From a virus (taxonomy: Duplodnaviria; Caudoviricetes), in IMG/VR virus record IMGVR_UViG_3300049049_000261, positions 1 through 35,033 of that record: DNA of 35,033 nucleotides. One strand, 5' to 3'. The position numbers were made by a program, and so were the translations under genes. The notes under the pieces were generated by a model. That model saw only the letters and a list, made by a program, of their open reading frames with translations. It was not told the origin of the DNA and ran no database searches. This document shows positions 25,341 to 34,566 of this stretch, one piece after another. Within the stretch, counting starts at the first letter, position 1. Each line of letters opens with the position of its first letter.

Positions 25341-25800
25341 GCGCGCCTGGAACACCTGGCAGCCCACCTGCCTGCAGGAAGCCGTAGAGGGCTGCCTCGG
25401 CTTCGCCCTGGACCGTCACCGCCGCAGCGTTGATCAGGTGGCTGACCTGGTCGGCGAGAGCAAGTGGACGCTCTACAAGTGGGTCCAGGCCGGCGGCATT
25501 CCCGCGCGGAAGATCGCCGGCTTTGAGCACGCCTGCGGCTGCCACTACGTCACCCGCTACCTGGCCGCGAGCGCCCGCAAGCTGCTGGTGGATATCCCCA
25601 CCGGCCGCCGCGCGCAGCCCGGCGATATCGCCGCGCTGCAGGCCAGCTGCAACAGCGCCATCGGCGCGCTGATCGACTTTGCCGCCGGCCGCGCCTCAGC
25701 CCCCGACACCCATGCCGCGCTCACCGCAGCGATGAGCTCGCTGGCGGCCGAGCGCGCGCACATCGAGCACCACCAACAGCCCGAGCTAGACCTCGGGTAA
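25333..25800 (+). CDS. Conserved transposable-phage early protein with HTH (CII-like regulator), 155 aa
   Basis: 'SVDQVADLVGESKWTLYKW...G.IP...I..FEHACGCHYVTRYLA'; C-terminal 'QPELDL'; B3-like synteny. Confidence 0.75.
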   Translation: MRKRAWNTWQPTCLQEAVEGCLGFALDRHRRSVDQVADLVGESKWTLYKWVQAGGIPARKIAGFEHACGCHYVTRYLAASARKLLVDIPTGRRAQPGDIAALQASCNSAIGALIDFAAGRASAPDTHAALTAAMSSLAAERAHIEHHQQPELDLG

Positions 25801-25830
25801 GCCGCCCCCACCAACTGGAGACACAGCACG

Positions 25831-26061
25831 ATGAAACCCTCTCAGCTCCGAACCGGCGACAAGGTCCGCCGCGTTGCAGGCATCGGCACCCGCGGCCGCG
25901 TGCTGAGCTTCATTCGCATCGAGCCGCGCCAGGGCGGCCGGAAAGCCATCGCGGTTCTGCAGTGTGACGACTACCGCGGCCAAACCGGAGCCGACGATCA
26001 GGGCGTGTGCACGGTCAGCGCCGCTGAGCTGGCGCGCAACTTCGAGCAGGTGCGCGCATGA
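25831..26061 (+). CDS. Hypothetical protein, 76 aa
   Basis: GGAG RBS; ATGA coupling to the next gene. Confidence 0.7.
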   Translation: MKPSQLRTGDKVRRVAGIGTRGRVLSFIRIEPRQGGRKAIAVLQCDDYRGQTGADDQGVCTVSAAELARNFEQVRA

Positions 26062-26339
26062 GCCACTACCAGGTTTCCCAGAACGAGTCGCTGAACGAGG
26101 GCGCCTATTTCGCCAACGTGTGCGCACGGAACCTGATGTCGGAGTGCATCACGACACTCTCCCATGGCCTTCGCGACGAGCAGTTCGATACCGCTCTTGA
26201 GCGAGCTCAGGAACTGCTGGAAGAGGCCAGGCAAGCGAGGGGAGCCGCGTCGACACTGAGCCGTTTGCACCTCACGGCGCAGGTGCAAGGCAGCGTGCTG
26301 ATCGAAGCCCGGAACGCTGAGCCGGAACCTGAGTCATGA
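26058..26339 (+). CDS. Hypothetical protein, 93 aa
   Basis: ATGA overlaps on both sides. Confidence 0.7.
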   Translation: MSHYQVSQNESLNEGAYFANVCARNLMSECITTLSHGLRDEQFDTALERAQELLEEARQARGAASTLSRLHLTAQVQGSVLIEARNAEPEPES

Positions 26340-26644
26340 GCGTCGACGCCTACACCAATGCGGCCCAGCAACGCGTGCTGCTCGCGCTCACCGTCCTGGC
26401 CGGCCACGAGGTCATGGGCCTGGCACCCACCCAGGTCGCGCGCGCGCTCCGCACCAGCGCGAGCAACACCACGCGTGACCTCGCGAACCTGGTAACAGCG
26501 GGAATTGCCGAACGCCTCGACAACGGCAACTACCGCCTCGGCCCGCGGCTGATCCAGATCGCGCAGGCGCACACCGCGGGCCTCGCTGACATCAAGTCGC
26601 GGCTCGACGAGATCGAGCAGCGGTACTCACGCCTTCCCAAGTAA
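26336..26644 (+). CDS. IclR-like winged-HTH protein, 102 aa
   Basis: 'QQRVL..L..LAGHE..GLAPTQVARAL......TRDLANL...G.AE......YRLGPRL'; typical of B3-like early operons. Confidence 0.85.
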   Translation: MSVDAYTNAAQQRVLLALTVLAGHEVMGLAPTQVARALRTSASNTTRDLANLVTAGIAERLDNGNYRLGPRLIQIAQAHTAGLADIKSRLDEIEQRYSRLPK

Positions 26645-26665
26645 GCCCGCACCTGGAGCACACAC

Positions 26666-27511
26666 GTGGCCCGCAAACCCTTGCCTGATGTTGAAACCCC
26701 TGCTGCCCCCACCGTCGAAGGCGCAGTGATCACCCGTGCCGAGCAGAAAAAGCTCGCAGAACTTCGCGGTCAGATGGCCGAGGTTCTGTCGGCACAGCGG
26801 CTGCCGGATGAGTACAGCTTCGACGCGTTCTTGCCGATCGCGAAGGTTCAGGCGCAGCACTGCGCGTACTCGGCTCTGACGCTCGGAGCCGCCCTGTTTG
26901 CGATCCGGGCGCACGAGCCAGCGGCTCGCTTCCGTCTTGTCCTTCAGGAGTGCGGCATCGGCGAGCGCAGTGCGCAATCACTGATCGCGCTCGCACGCAA
27001 CTCAGCAAAGAGCGACGGTCACCGCCGCGTGAGTGAGACCTTGGGCATCTCAAAGGCACTGGCTGTCTTCGGTCGGCTCGATGACAGCGAAATCGAAGCA
27101 CTCGCCTACGACGAGGACAAGCTCGATGAGATGGCGGGCAAGTCGTTCCGTGAGCTCACCGCCGAGCTGAAGAAAGTGCGGGAAGAGCTGGCAGCGACAA
27201 AGGAGAACCATGAGCGCCAGCTGCAGCGCAAGAACAAGAAGATCGACGAGCTCGACGCGAAGTTGCACGAGCGCAGGGAGACGGACCCGGCCGCGCAGCG
27301 GATCGGAGAGATCCTCGTGGAGCTTGGCGCATCGGTTGCCGAGGCGCACAAGGCCATGTCGGACTTCGAGCGCCTTGTCAGTGAGGCGTACACCCTGGAG
27401 AACCAGATCGGGAACGTCCTGACTGCAGCCGCCAATGAGCAGCTGCGTAGCGGTACGCAGCTGCTCGCGAGCCGCGTTGCCAAGCTGCAGTCCTTCCGCG
27501 GGCTGAAGTAA
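26666..27511 (+). CDS. DUF3102-like coiled-coil protein upstream of the transposase, 281 aa
   Basis: GGAG RBS plus GTG; 'G..L..IR.HE....F...L...GI.ERSAQ.LI', 'LGISKAL', 'D.LDEM..REL' and coiled coil. Confidence 0.7.
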   Translation: MARKPLPDVETPAAPTVEGAVITRAEQKKLAELRGQMAEVLSAQRLPDEYSFDAFLPIAKVQAQHCAYSALTLGAALFAIRAHEPAARFRLVLQECGIGERSAQSLIALARNSAKSDGHRRVSETLGISKALAVFGRLDDSEIEALAYDEDKLDEMAGKSFRELTAELKKVREELAATKENHERQLQRKNKKIDELDAKLHERRETDPAAQRIGEILVELGASVAEAHKAMSDFERLVSEAYTLENQIGNVLTAAANEQLRSGTQLLASRVAKLQSFRGLK

Positions 27512-27515
27512 CACC

Positions 27516-29288
27516 ATGGCCCGCCTGACCCTCGCCGATGAGGCCCGCCTGGCAGAACTCCACGCCCTGCGCGTGCGCTTGGCCGACGCCCGGCATGGCG
27601 AAAAGTCAAAGCTGGTGGAGGAGGCGGCCCAGCGGCTCACCTGTTCGGTAAAGAAGGTGTGGGCTGAGCTGCGCGAACTCGGCGCCACTGGCGAGCGCCG
27701 TCGCCGCGCGGACGCAGGACAGTCGAAGGTCAGCGACGAGGAAGTGATGAAGGTCGCCGGCATTCTGTCGGCGGCGTACCGCGACAACAACAAGCGCCTG
27801 ATGGCCTTCAGCCGCGCCATCGCGCATGCCCGCGCGAACGGCTGGCTGTCGGTCGACTGCAGCGTGGCTACGCTGTCGCGTCGCATGCAGGAGCTGAACG
27901 TCCATCCGGATCAGGTGGAGCGGCCACAGTCGCATGTGAACCTGCGCAGCGACCACCCCAACCACGTGTGGCAGATCGACCCCAGCCTCTGCGTGCTGTA
28001 CCGGCTTCCGGATGGTCGCGTGCGAGTGACCCGCGCCGACGATGAGCTGCTCTACAAGAACAAGCCTGACACGCTGGAGATTGTGCAGAGCCGCAACAAG
28101 CTGTGGCGATACGTGGTGTGGGACCACTACAGCAGCGCCTTCTTCTTCCGCTACTTCGAGACGCCGGGCGAGTCCTCGGGGGTGCTGCTCGACTTCCTGC
28201 TGGAGGCCACGCGCAAGCGCCCGCGCTTTCTGATGCACGGCTGGCCGAAGCTGATCTATTGGGACAAGGGCTCGGCGAACACCAGCGCGCCGATCAAGAA
28301 CCTGTTCGGCCACATGGGCGTGCGGCATCAGACGCACAAGGCGCGCAACGCGCGGGCGAAGGGCGGCGTTGAAGGCTGCAACAACCTGATCGAGTGCGGC
28401 TTCGAGAGCAGCCTGTCGTTCTGTGCTGTGCCCGCGATCGACGAGCTCAACGGCCGCGCCGACGACTGGCAGATCGACTGCAACGCGATGGAGGTGTGCT
28501 CCCGCCACGGCCATACCCGTTGGGGGCTGTGGCAGACCATTCGCCCCGAGCAGCTGATCCTGAGCCCGCCCGAGGAGCGGCTGCGCCGCCTGGCAAACGC
28601 CGAGCCCGTCGAGCGCAAGGTAAAGGGCGACCTGACCGTTGCGTTCGATGGCAAGCGCTTCGACGTGTCGCACATCGAATCCCTGAGCGCTGGCGACCCG
28701 GTGCAGGTGTTCGAGAACGCCTACCTGGAAGGCAAGGTCCAGGTGATGGCGCGCGACGCCAAGGGCATCGACCGCTTCTATGAGTGCGCGCCGGTGGAGA
28801 AGGACGAAGCGGGCTTCTGGTCGAACGCTGTGCGCCTCGGCGAAGAGTTTCGCAGCGCGCCTGCCAGGCCGGGCGAGAAGGCGCGCGAAGACCTGCGGGA
28901 GATGGCGTGGGGCACGCGGGACGAGAACGAAGCGGTCGATGCGCGCAAGAAGGGCCGCGTGGCATTCGAGGGCCAGCTGGACCCGTTCAAGGTGATCGAG
29001 GATCGCAAGAAAGATCTGCCTCAGTTTATCCAGAGGCAGGGCACGGCGATGGGCCTGGTGCACCCCGAAGTCGAGCGGCTGCCGCTGTCCGTCACCGACT
29101 TGCTGATCGGCCTGCGCGCTCGGCTGGGGCGTCCGATTGAGCGCCACGAAGCCCAGGCCGTGCAGGCCTGGCACCCCGAGGGATTGCCCGAAGACCAGTT
29201 CGACGCGCTGGTGCAGCGCGTGGAGCAACTCAACAGCGCGGCCGTCGCGCCGCAGCCCGCAGCGCCGCGCCTGGTCGCGGTTCGATAG
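27516..29288 (+). CDS. DDE-type transposase A (B3/Mu-like), 590 aa
   Basis: Catalytic motifs HPNHVWQID, IYWDKGSAN, RAKGGVEGCNNLIE; N-terminal 'RRRRADAGQS'. Confidence 0.95.
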   Translation: MARLTLADEARLAELHALRVRLADARHGEKSKLVEEAAQRLTCSVKKVWAELRELGATGERRRRADAGQSKVSDEEVMKVAGILSAAYRDNNKRLMAFSRAIAHARANGWLSVDCSVATLSRRMQELNVHPDQVERPQSHVNLRSDHPNHVWQIDPSLCVLYRLPDGRVRVTRADDELLYKNKPDTLEIVQSRNKLWRYVVWDHYSSAFFFRYFETPGESSGVLLDFLLEATRKRPRFLMHGWPKLIYWDKGSANTSAPIKNLFGHMGVRHQTHKARNARAKGGVEGCNNLIECGFESSLSFCAVPAIDELNGRADDWQIDCNAMEVCSRHGHTRWGLWQTIRPEQLILSPPEERLRRLANAEPVERKVKGDLTVAFDGKRFDVSHIESLSAGDPVQVFENAYLEGKVQVMARDAKGIDRFYECAPVEKDEAGFWSNAVRLGEEFRSAPARPGEKAREDLREMAWGTRDENEAVDARKKGRVAFEGQLDPFKVIEDRKKDLPQFIQRQGTAMGLVHPEVERLPLSVTDLLIGLRARLGRPIERHEAQAVQAWHPEGLPEDQFDALVQRVEQLNSAAVAPQPAAPRLVAVR

Positions 29289-29297
29289 GAGACCCCC

Positions 29298-29648
29298 GTG
29301 AACTTCAAGACCGAATGCCCCGAGCCCGAGCTGCTCTGCGAACAGCCTATCGGTGCGCTGCTGATCTGCCATCTGCCCGAGTTCGCGAGCTGCGTGCTGA
29401 TGCTGATGCACACGGGCGACAGCCAGCCCGCGCCGCTGCTACCGGACGCCCTGTATTCGGTGGTGGTGCTGGGCTGCCGCGTGGGCGCGAACGAGCCGGG
29501 GTATGTGGCGCCGGGTGCGCTGCTGCACATCACCGGCGCAGCACCTGTGACCCGCATGCGCCACGTCGGTTCGATCGAGCTGCGCGCGGCGCCGAAGACC
29601 GCTGCAGAGGCGGTTGATTACGAGATCTGGGTTGCGGTTTCCCGCTGA
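29298..29648 (+). CDS. Hypothetical protein, 116 aa
   Basis: TAGGAG RBS plus GTG just after the transposase stop. Confidence 0.65.
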   Translation: MNFKTECPEPELLCEQPIGALLICHLPEFASCVLMLMHTGDSQPAPLLPDALYSVVVLGCRVGANEPGYVAPGALLHITGAAPVTRMRHVGSIELRAAPKTAAEAVDYEIWVAVSR

Positions 29649-29697
29649 GCCAATCCGCGTGGCGGCGGCTTCCGCCACACCCACTGAGGAACCTGAC

Positions 29698-30015
29698 ATG
29701 CAGACCGCCGTTGCCCCCATCGGAAATGTTCACCACCTCTCGCGGCGCCCCGCCGAACCCACCCTCGCGAATGTGCTCCCTGGCGCGATGTTCCTCGTGG
29801 GCGAGGACTCCCGGATCGTGTTCGCCGTGTTGAGCCACGCCAACCTGGACGCCAGCCAGGATTGCGAGCGCCGCTGGTGCGTCGCGGTACTCAGCGCCGA
29901 TCCGCAGCGACCCGTGGGCTCAGTACAGGCCTTCGACGCCAGCGTGGCGGTGAGAGCGGTGACGCTGATTCATCCCGCGCTACTCCACGTGCAGCCGGCC
30001 CGGGGAGGTCGGTGA
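29698..30015 (+). CDS. Hypothetical protein, 105 aa
   Basis: GAGGA RBS plus ATG at 29698; ends 1 nt before the ATPase start. Confidence 0.65.
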   Translation: MQTAVAPIGNVHHLSRRPAEPTLANVLPGAMFLVGEDSRIVFAVLSHANLDASQDCERRWCVAVLSADPQRPVGSVQAFDASVAVRAVTLIHPALLHVQPARGGR

Positions 30016-30016
30016 C

Positions 30017-31264
30017 ATGCGCACCGGACGCCCTCGAAGCACACCCGGCACCGGCTACCGCCTGCGCGCGGTGTTGGCCCGCCACTGCATCCCATTGCGC
30101 GAGCTGCAGCCCGCGATGCGGGTCAGCACCCCGCATGGTGATGCCGGCATGAGCCTGGCGGCGATCAGCCGCGTGCTCAACCACCGCAGCTGGCCCAGCA
30201 ATGCCAAGCCTGAGACGTGCCGCAGCGCCGTCATCGAGCTGCTGCGTAGCCGCGCGCTGCCGGAGCCGGAAATCAAAACGGCGTGGGACGCCGACCTGCA
30301 AGTCGAAGCCCACGCCGCCCCTGCAAGCCAAGACGCCCCAAGCAGCCCAGACGCCAATCCAAGTGCTGCCGAAGAAGCCAAACACCTCGACCTGCCGGAG
30401 ATCCAAATGCTATCAGCCGCCGCCCGCGAACACTTCAACCTGCCCGCACACCCCTTCGTGGATGACGTGCGCAACCCGGCCGATGTCTACCTGAGCCGCG
30501 AGCAAAGGTACGTGCGTGAAAGCATGTACTACACCGCAAAGCACCAGGGCTTCACTGCTGTGATCGGCGAGAGCGGCTCAGGCAAGTCGACGCTGCGCCG
30601 CGACCTGCTTGACCGCCTGCAGCGCGACAACGAGCGCGTGGTGGTGATCCGCCCGCGCGGCGACATGGAAGCCGGCGACCTGCGCGCGGCCCACCTGTGC
30701 GAGGCAATCATCAACGCGGTGAGCACCGAGCGGATGCTCGGGTCGCTGGAGGCCCGCAGCAAGCAGATGGTGCGGCTGCTGTCGGCAAGCGCGAAGGCGG
30801 GCTACACCCACGTGCTGCTGATTGAGGAAGCGCAGGACTGCACCAAGACCCTGCTGAAGTACTGCAAGCGCCTGTGGGAAATGGAAGACGGGTTCACCCG
30901 CCTCTTGGGCATCCTGTGGATCGGTCAGCCCGAGCTCGGCGACAAGCTGGACGAGCGCAAGAACCACGATATGCGCGAAGTCATCCGGCGCTGCGAAGTC
31001 GCCACCCTTCGCCCGCTGGATGCCAACGTCGGCGACTACCTCGCGCTCAAGTTCAAGCGCATCGGCGTCGACGCGGCGGACCTGCTGGAGGCTGGCTGCG
31101 ACGAGGCCATCCGCCGCCGGCTCACCCGGGTCAACCCGCGCACCAAGGCGGCCGAGTCGCAGGTGTATCCCGTGGTCGTCAACAACCTCGTCGGCGCGGC
31201 GCTGAACATGGCCGCCGAGCTGGGCCTGCCCAAGGTCACACCCGAACTGATCGGGAGGCTCTGA
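30017..31264 (+). CDS. Transposition ATPase B (ExeA/MuB-like AAA+) with N-terminal HTH, 415 aa
   Basis: Walker A GESGSGKS, Walker B LLIEEAQ, 'GQPEL', 'REVIRRCE'; GGAGG RBS. Confidence 0.92.
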   Translation: MRTGRPRSTPGTGYRLRAVLARHCIPLRELQPAMRVSTPHGDAGMSLAAISRVLNHRSWPSNAKPETCRSAVIELLRSRALPEPEIKTAWDADLQVEAHAAPASQDAPSSPDANPSAAEEAKHLDLPEIQMLSAAAREHFNLPAHPFVDDVRNPADVYLSREQRYVRESMYYTAKHQGFTAVIGESGSGKSTLRRDLLDRLQRDNERVVVIRPRGDMEAGDLRAAHLCEAIINAVSTERMLGSLEARSKQMVRLLSASAKAGYTHVLLIEEAQDCTKTLLKYCKRLWEMEDGFTRLLGILWIGQPELGDKLDERKNHDMREVIRRCEVATLRPLDANVGDYLALKFKRIGVDAADLLEAGCDEAIRRRLTRVNPRTKAAESQVYPVVVNNLVGAALNMAAELGLPKVTPELIGRL

Positions 31265-31266
31265 CC

Positions 31267-31902
31267 ATGCTGCCCCTCGAATCGAAAATCGCGGGCGTGC
31301 TGGGCAGCTCCCCCGGCGAGCTGTCGGCCGAAGAGATCGCGGCTGCCGTTGGCGTGCAGGACAACGATCGCGTGCGCATGGCCGTGCGCACGCTGGTGCG
31401 GAAGGGGTTGGCGAAGCGCATTCACAGCGGCTACCAGAATCTGCGCTATCGCTCAACGCGGCACACCGCAGCGGCCGCCAGGGCGGACGGCACGCGGGTC
31501 GATCGGTCCGTCACGTGGGGACAGGTACGTCGCGAGGGACGCGACCTGGTGGACCAGGTGGTGGCCTTTGTCGCAGACCAGGACGGCCGCAGCGTGCCCA
31601 GCAGCCGAGTCATTTCTCACTTCGTGATCGCGGGCGTCGCCCGCCACACGGTGACTCGCGCGATCTGCACGGCGGTGGAGACGGGTGATCTGATGCGCTT
31701 CGGGCATGGGCCGAATGCGTGTCTGCTGTACGGCGACTCGGCCGACCCGGTCGCCGAGGCGATCTGCCAGATCGCTATAGGCGTACGAGCGGCGATCGAC
31801 CTGTGCGCGGATCGCGAGGTACCGCGCGCGGTGCGACAACGATTGGAGCGTGCGCTCTGCCTGCTGCACGAAGCGATCCAGACGCACGGAGCCGCCGCAT
31901 GA
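31267..31902 (+). CDS. Putative DNA-binding protein with two winged-helix-like segments, 211 aa
   Basis: 'ELSAEEIAAAVG....VRMAVRTLVRKGLAKR' and 'VPSSRVISHF......VTRAICTAVETGDLMR'. Confidence 0.6.
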   Translation: MLPLESKIAGVLGSSPGELSAEEIAAAVGVQDNDRVRMAVRTLVRKGLAKRIHSGYQNLRYRSTRHTAAAARADGTRVDRSVTWGQVRREGRDLVDQVVAFVADQDGRSVPSSRVISHFVIAGVARHTVTRAICTAVETGDLMRFGHGPNACLLYGDSADPVAEAICQIAIGVRAAIDLCADREVPRAVRQRLERALCLLHEAIQTHGAAA

Positions 31903-32135
31903 GCGCCGATCAGCTGCGCGCTCCGTGCCCCGGCTGCGGGGCGGCCCTCGAAGATCACGGCGAGGTGGACCTGATCGGCGCGGTCAGTGCGCTCGATGAC
32001 CTGGAAGGCCGCTCGCGGCTCGACCTGATCGTGCGCTGCTGCGAGTGCGAGCACGAGTTCAACGTGTTCGTGGCAGTCGACGAGCTGGTGTCGGTGATGA
32101 AAGGGGAGGCGCGCCATGCCTGCCACCCGACATGA
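31899..32135 (+). CDS. Small Zn-binding protein (CPGC...CCEC), 78 aa
   Basis: ATGA coupling; GGAG RBS; two CxxC pairs. Confidence 0.7.
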   Translation: MSADQLRAPCPGCGAALEDHGEVDLIGAVSALDDLEGRSRLDLIVRCCECEHEFNVFVAVDELVSVMKGEARHACHPT

Positions 32136-32457
32136 GCCCGAGGTGCATCGCACGCTGGCGCGCATCTTCGGCAGCACCACGCTGGTGCTGTCGGATGAAC
32201 ACTTGGAGTTCTGGGGCGCGCGCTTCGCTGCGGCGGCACACCTGCACGAGCGCCAGACCTTCGAGCAGTTCATGGTGCTGCCCGTTGCCCAGCGTCTGGA
32301 GCTGCTCGACCGCGACAGCCAAGTCGAGGCAGCCCAGGTCGCGGCAGAGCGCGGGCTCGGCGCCCATTGCCACCTGGCTGGGCCAGGTCTGGTCGAGCCG
32401 GTGTGCCCGCCCACGCGCCGCTTCCGGCGGCCGTGGTTCTTCGGCAGGAGGCGCTGA
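32116..32457 (+). CDS. Hypothetical protein, 113 aa
   Basis: GGGGAGG RBS; fits in a tightly packed operon. Confidence 0.65.
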   Translation: MPATRHEPEVHRTLARIFGSTTLVLSDEHLEFWGARFAAAAHLHERQTFEQFMVLPVAQRLELLDRDSQVEAAQVAAERGLGAHCHLAGPGLVEPVCPPTRRFRRPWFFGRRR

Positions 32458-32458
32458 C

Positions 32459-33049
32459 ATGCAGATCAAGTGTCCTGCCTGCTACGCGGTGTTCTCCCTG
32501 GAGACAGCAGTGGCGCTGGATGCAGCACGCGTGGCGCTGAGCACCGCACTGCAGATGCCAGCACCGCTGTCAGGGTTGATCGCCCAGTACCTCGGCATGT
32601 TCCGCTCGGCCGGTCGCGTGCTTGCCTTCGACCGCGCTGAGCGGTTGATGGCAGAGCTGCTGCCGATGCTCACCGAACAACGGGTGGAACGGGCCGGCAA
32701 CGCGCGCGCCTGCCCGCTGCCGATCTGGCAGCAGGCCTTGGAGCGCATGGTCGAGCACCGTGCCGCCGGCAAGCTGGAGCTGCCGCTCAAGTCCCACGGC
32801 TACCTGCTGGAGATCGCCTTCGGCCTGGCCGACAAAGCCGAGGCCGCTGCCGAGCGCGAGGCCGAAGAGCGCAGGCGCTCGGGTGCGCATCGCAGGGCTG
32901 AGCCATCGGAGCAGTCCGAGGCAGCTACCCGTTCCGAGCTCTATCACCGCGTCGCCGCGGACGTTCGCCTCGGCCTGCTCTCCTCCGCGCAAGCGGTGGA
33001 GAAGCTCCGCGCCGCAGGCCTCGCCGTTCCCGATACCGCCTTCCAGTGA
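32459..33049 (+). CDS. Conserved Mu-like phage hypothetical protein, 196 aa
   Basis: AGGAGG RBS; 'CPAC.A..SLE', 'YLGMFR', 'LPLKSHGYLLEI' motifs seen in transposable-phage early genes. Confidence 0.8.
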   Translation: MQIKCPACYAVFSLETAVALDAARVALSTALQMPAPLSGLIAQYLGMFRSAGRVLAFDRAERLMAELLPMLTEQRVERAGNARACPLPIWQQALERMVEHRAAGKLELPLKSHGYLLEIAFGLADKAEAAAEREAEERRRSGAHRRAEPSEQSEAATRSELYHRVAADVRLGLLSSAQAVEKLRAAGLAVPDTAFQ

Positions 33050-33095
33050 GCAGCGCCGCTGCCCCCGCGGCCGCAGCCCACTACCGGAGAACCCA

Positions 33096-33623
33096 ATGAG
33101 CACGATGGTTGAAATCGAAGGCCTGGCAAAGACTCTGGCCGGCGCGCGAGAGGAACTCGCCGAGCGGCTCCAGCGCATCAAGGATGAGCAGGAAGCGATC
33201 AAGCGCCGCTATCTGCAGGGCGTGAAGAACAGCGTGGAGCGTGTGCGCGCTGCGCACGCCGAGCTGCACGAGGCGGTGAGCGCTGGCAAGCCACTCTTCG
33301 AGAAGCCCAAGACTCGGGTGCTGCACGGCATCCGCGTCGGCTGGATGAAGCAGCGCGGCAAGGTCGAGTACACCGATCCCGCTGCCGTGGTCGCTGCCCT
33401 GCGCCACGTGCTGGGCGAGGAAGAGGCCGAGTCCTACATCCAGACGAAGGAAACCCCAATCAAGGATCGGCTGTCCGAACTGCCCGCGAAGGACCTGAAG
33501 CGCTGCCACGTGACCATCACCGACGACACCGACGCCGTCGTGATCAAGTCGGCCGGCGGCGAGATCGACAAGCTGATCGACGCGCTGCTGGGCAGCGAGG
33601 AACTTGAGGAGCTGGTGTCGTGA
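33096..33623 (+). CDS. gam: Gam-like host-nuclease inhibitor / DNA-end-binding protein, 175 aa
   Basis: N-terminal coiled coil, then 'LFEKPKTRVLHGIRVGW.KQRGKV', 'YIQTKE.P.K..L'; GGAG RBS. Confidence 0.8.
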   Translation: MSTMVEIEGLAKTLAGAREELAERLQRIKDEQEAIKRRYLQGVKNSVERVRAAHAELHEAVSAGKPLFEKPKTRVLHGIRVGWMKQRGKVEYTDPAAVVAALRHVLGEEEAESYIQTKETPIKDRLSELPAKDLKRCHVTITDDTDAVVIKSAGGEIDKLIDALLGSEELEELVS

Positions 33624-34297
33624 ATCACGAAGAATTGCTGCGAAAGATCCGCGCCTGTCTCCGCCTGTCTACCAGCGCCAACGAGCACGAAGCCGCGGCC
33701 GCGCTTCGCCAGGCGCGTTTCCTGATGGACAGGCACGGTGTCAGCCATGCCGAAGCGCTGGCCGGCGAGGTCAGCGAGCGCGAGGCGAAGACGGCACGGC
33801 GTGGCGAAGAGCTGCACGGCTCGATGAACGCGCTCATCCGGCTGGTCGAGCACAGCTTCCGCTGCCGCAGCGTGGTCAATTGCGGCCGGGGGAGCGCGAT
33901 CACGGTGACTTTCTTCGGCACTGGCGCAGATGCCGAAGTCGCCGCGTACGCTTTCGAGGTGCTGCGCCGGCAGATGGATTCAGCTTGCAAACACCACATC
34001 CGCAGAGTCCGTATCGCCAAGGTGCGCGAAGCGCGAGGCGAGGCGTTTCGGCGTGGCTGGGTAACTGCCGTGTGGCACCTGTTCCCCGGCGCCGAGCTGG
34101 CCGCCGATCTGGTCGAGAAACTGGAGGCCTACCAAAGCGTACGGTGGAGCAACCTGAGCGAGGGCAAGTCGAAAGATGTGGACCTCAAACGGGTACCCGG
34201 CCGTGACTACGAGCGGGGCGTCGCAGCAGGGCGGGCAGCGAAGCTCCATACCGGCCTCGGTGGAGAGCAGCAGCGGGCTTTGGAGAGCGGGTCGTGA
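33620..34297 (+). CDS. DUF2786-domain protein, 225 aa
   Basis: 'LLRKIRACLRLS.SANEHEAAAALRQARFLM.RHG' N-terminal domain; 'F..GW' and 'G...GR...L' downstream motifs. Confidence 0.88.
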   Translation: MNHEELLRKIRACLRLSTSANEHEAAAALRQARFLMDRHGVSHAEALAGEVSEREAKTARRGEELHGSMNALIRLVEHSFRCRSVVNCGRGSAITVTFFGTGADAEVAAYAFEVLRRQMDSACKHHIRRVRIAKVREARGEAFRRGWVTAVWHLFPGAELAADLVEKLEAYQSVRWSNLSEGKSKDVDLKRVPGRDYERGVAAGRAAKLHTGLGGEQQRALESGS

Positions 34298-34566
34298 ACC
34301 AGACTGCCGAACTGTTTCCGTCCCCGCCGCGCGCGGGTGGCGACCGATTTGACGATATGCGCAAATCGCCGGTAACCCGCATGCGCCGGCGGGTCCTTAT
34401 GCACTTCACGGACGTGGGCTACATCGACGGTCTGGGCCAGGCGGCGACGTTCGCTTGCAAGCGCTGTGGGTTCAAGAGCGACTGGCAGGGTGCTTCCGAC
34501 ACAGAGATCAGGCGCGGCGTGCCTTGTCCCTCATGCAATGACCGGGGTGAGACGTGCCTCGGCTGA
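34294..34566 (+). CDS. Small Zn-finger protein (CKRC...CPSC), 90 aa
   Basis: GTGA coupling; two CxxC pairs. Confidence 0.7.
   Translation: MNQTAELFPSPPRAGGDRFDDMRKSPVTRMRRRVLMHFTDVGYIDGLGQAATFACKRCGFKSDWQGASDTEIRRGVPCPSCNDRGETCLG

Noticed and set aside
27606-29411. 601-aa - strand ORF opposite the transposase
   Set aside because: Antisense shadow; the + strand has the full DDE triad.
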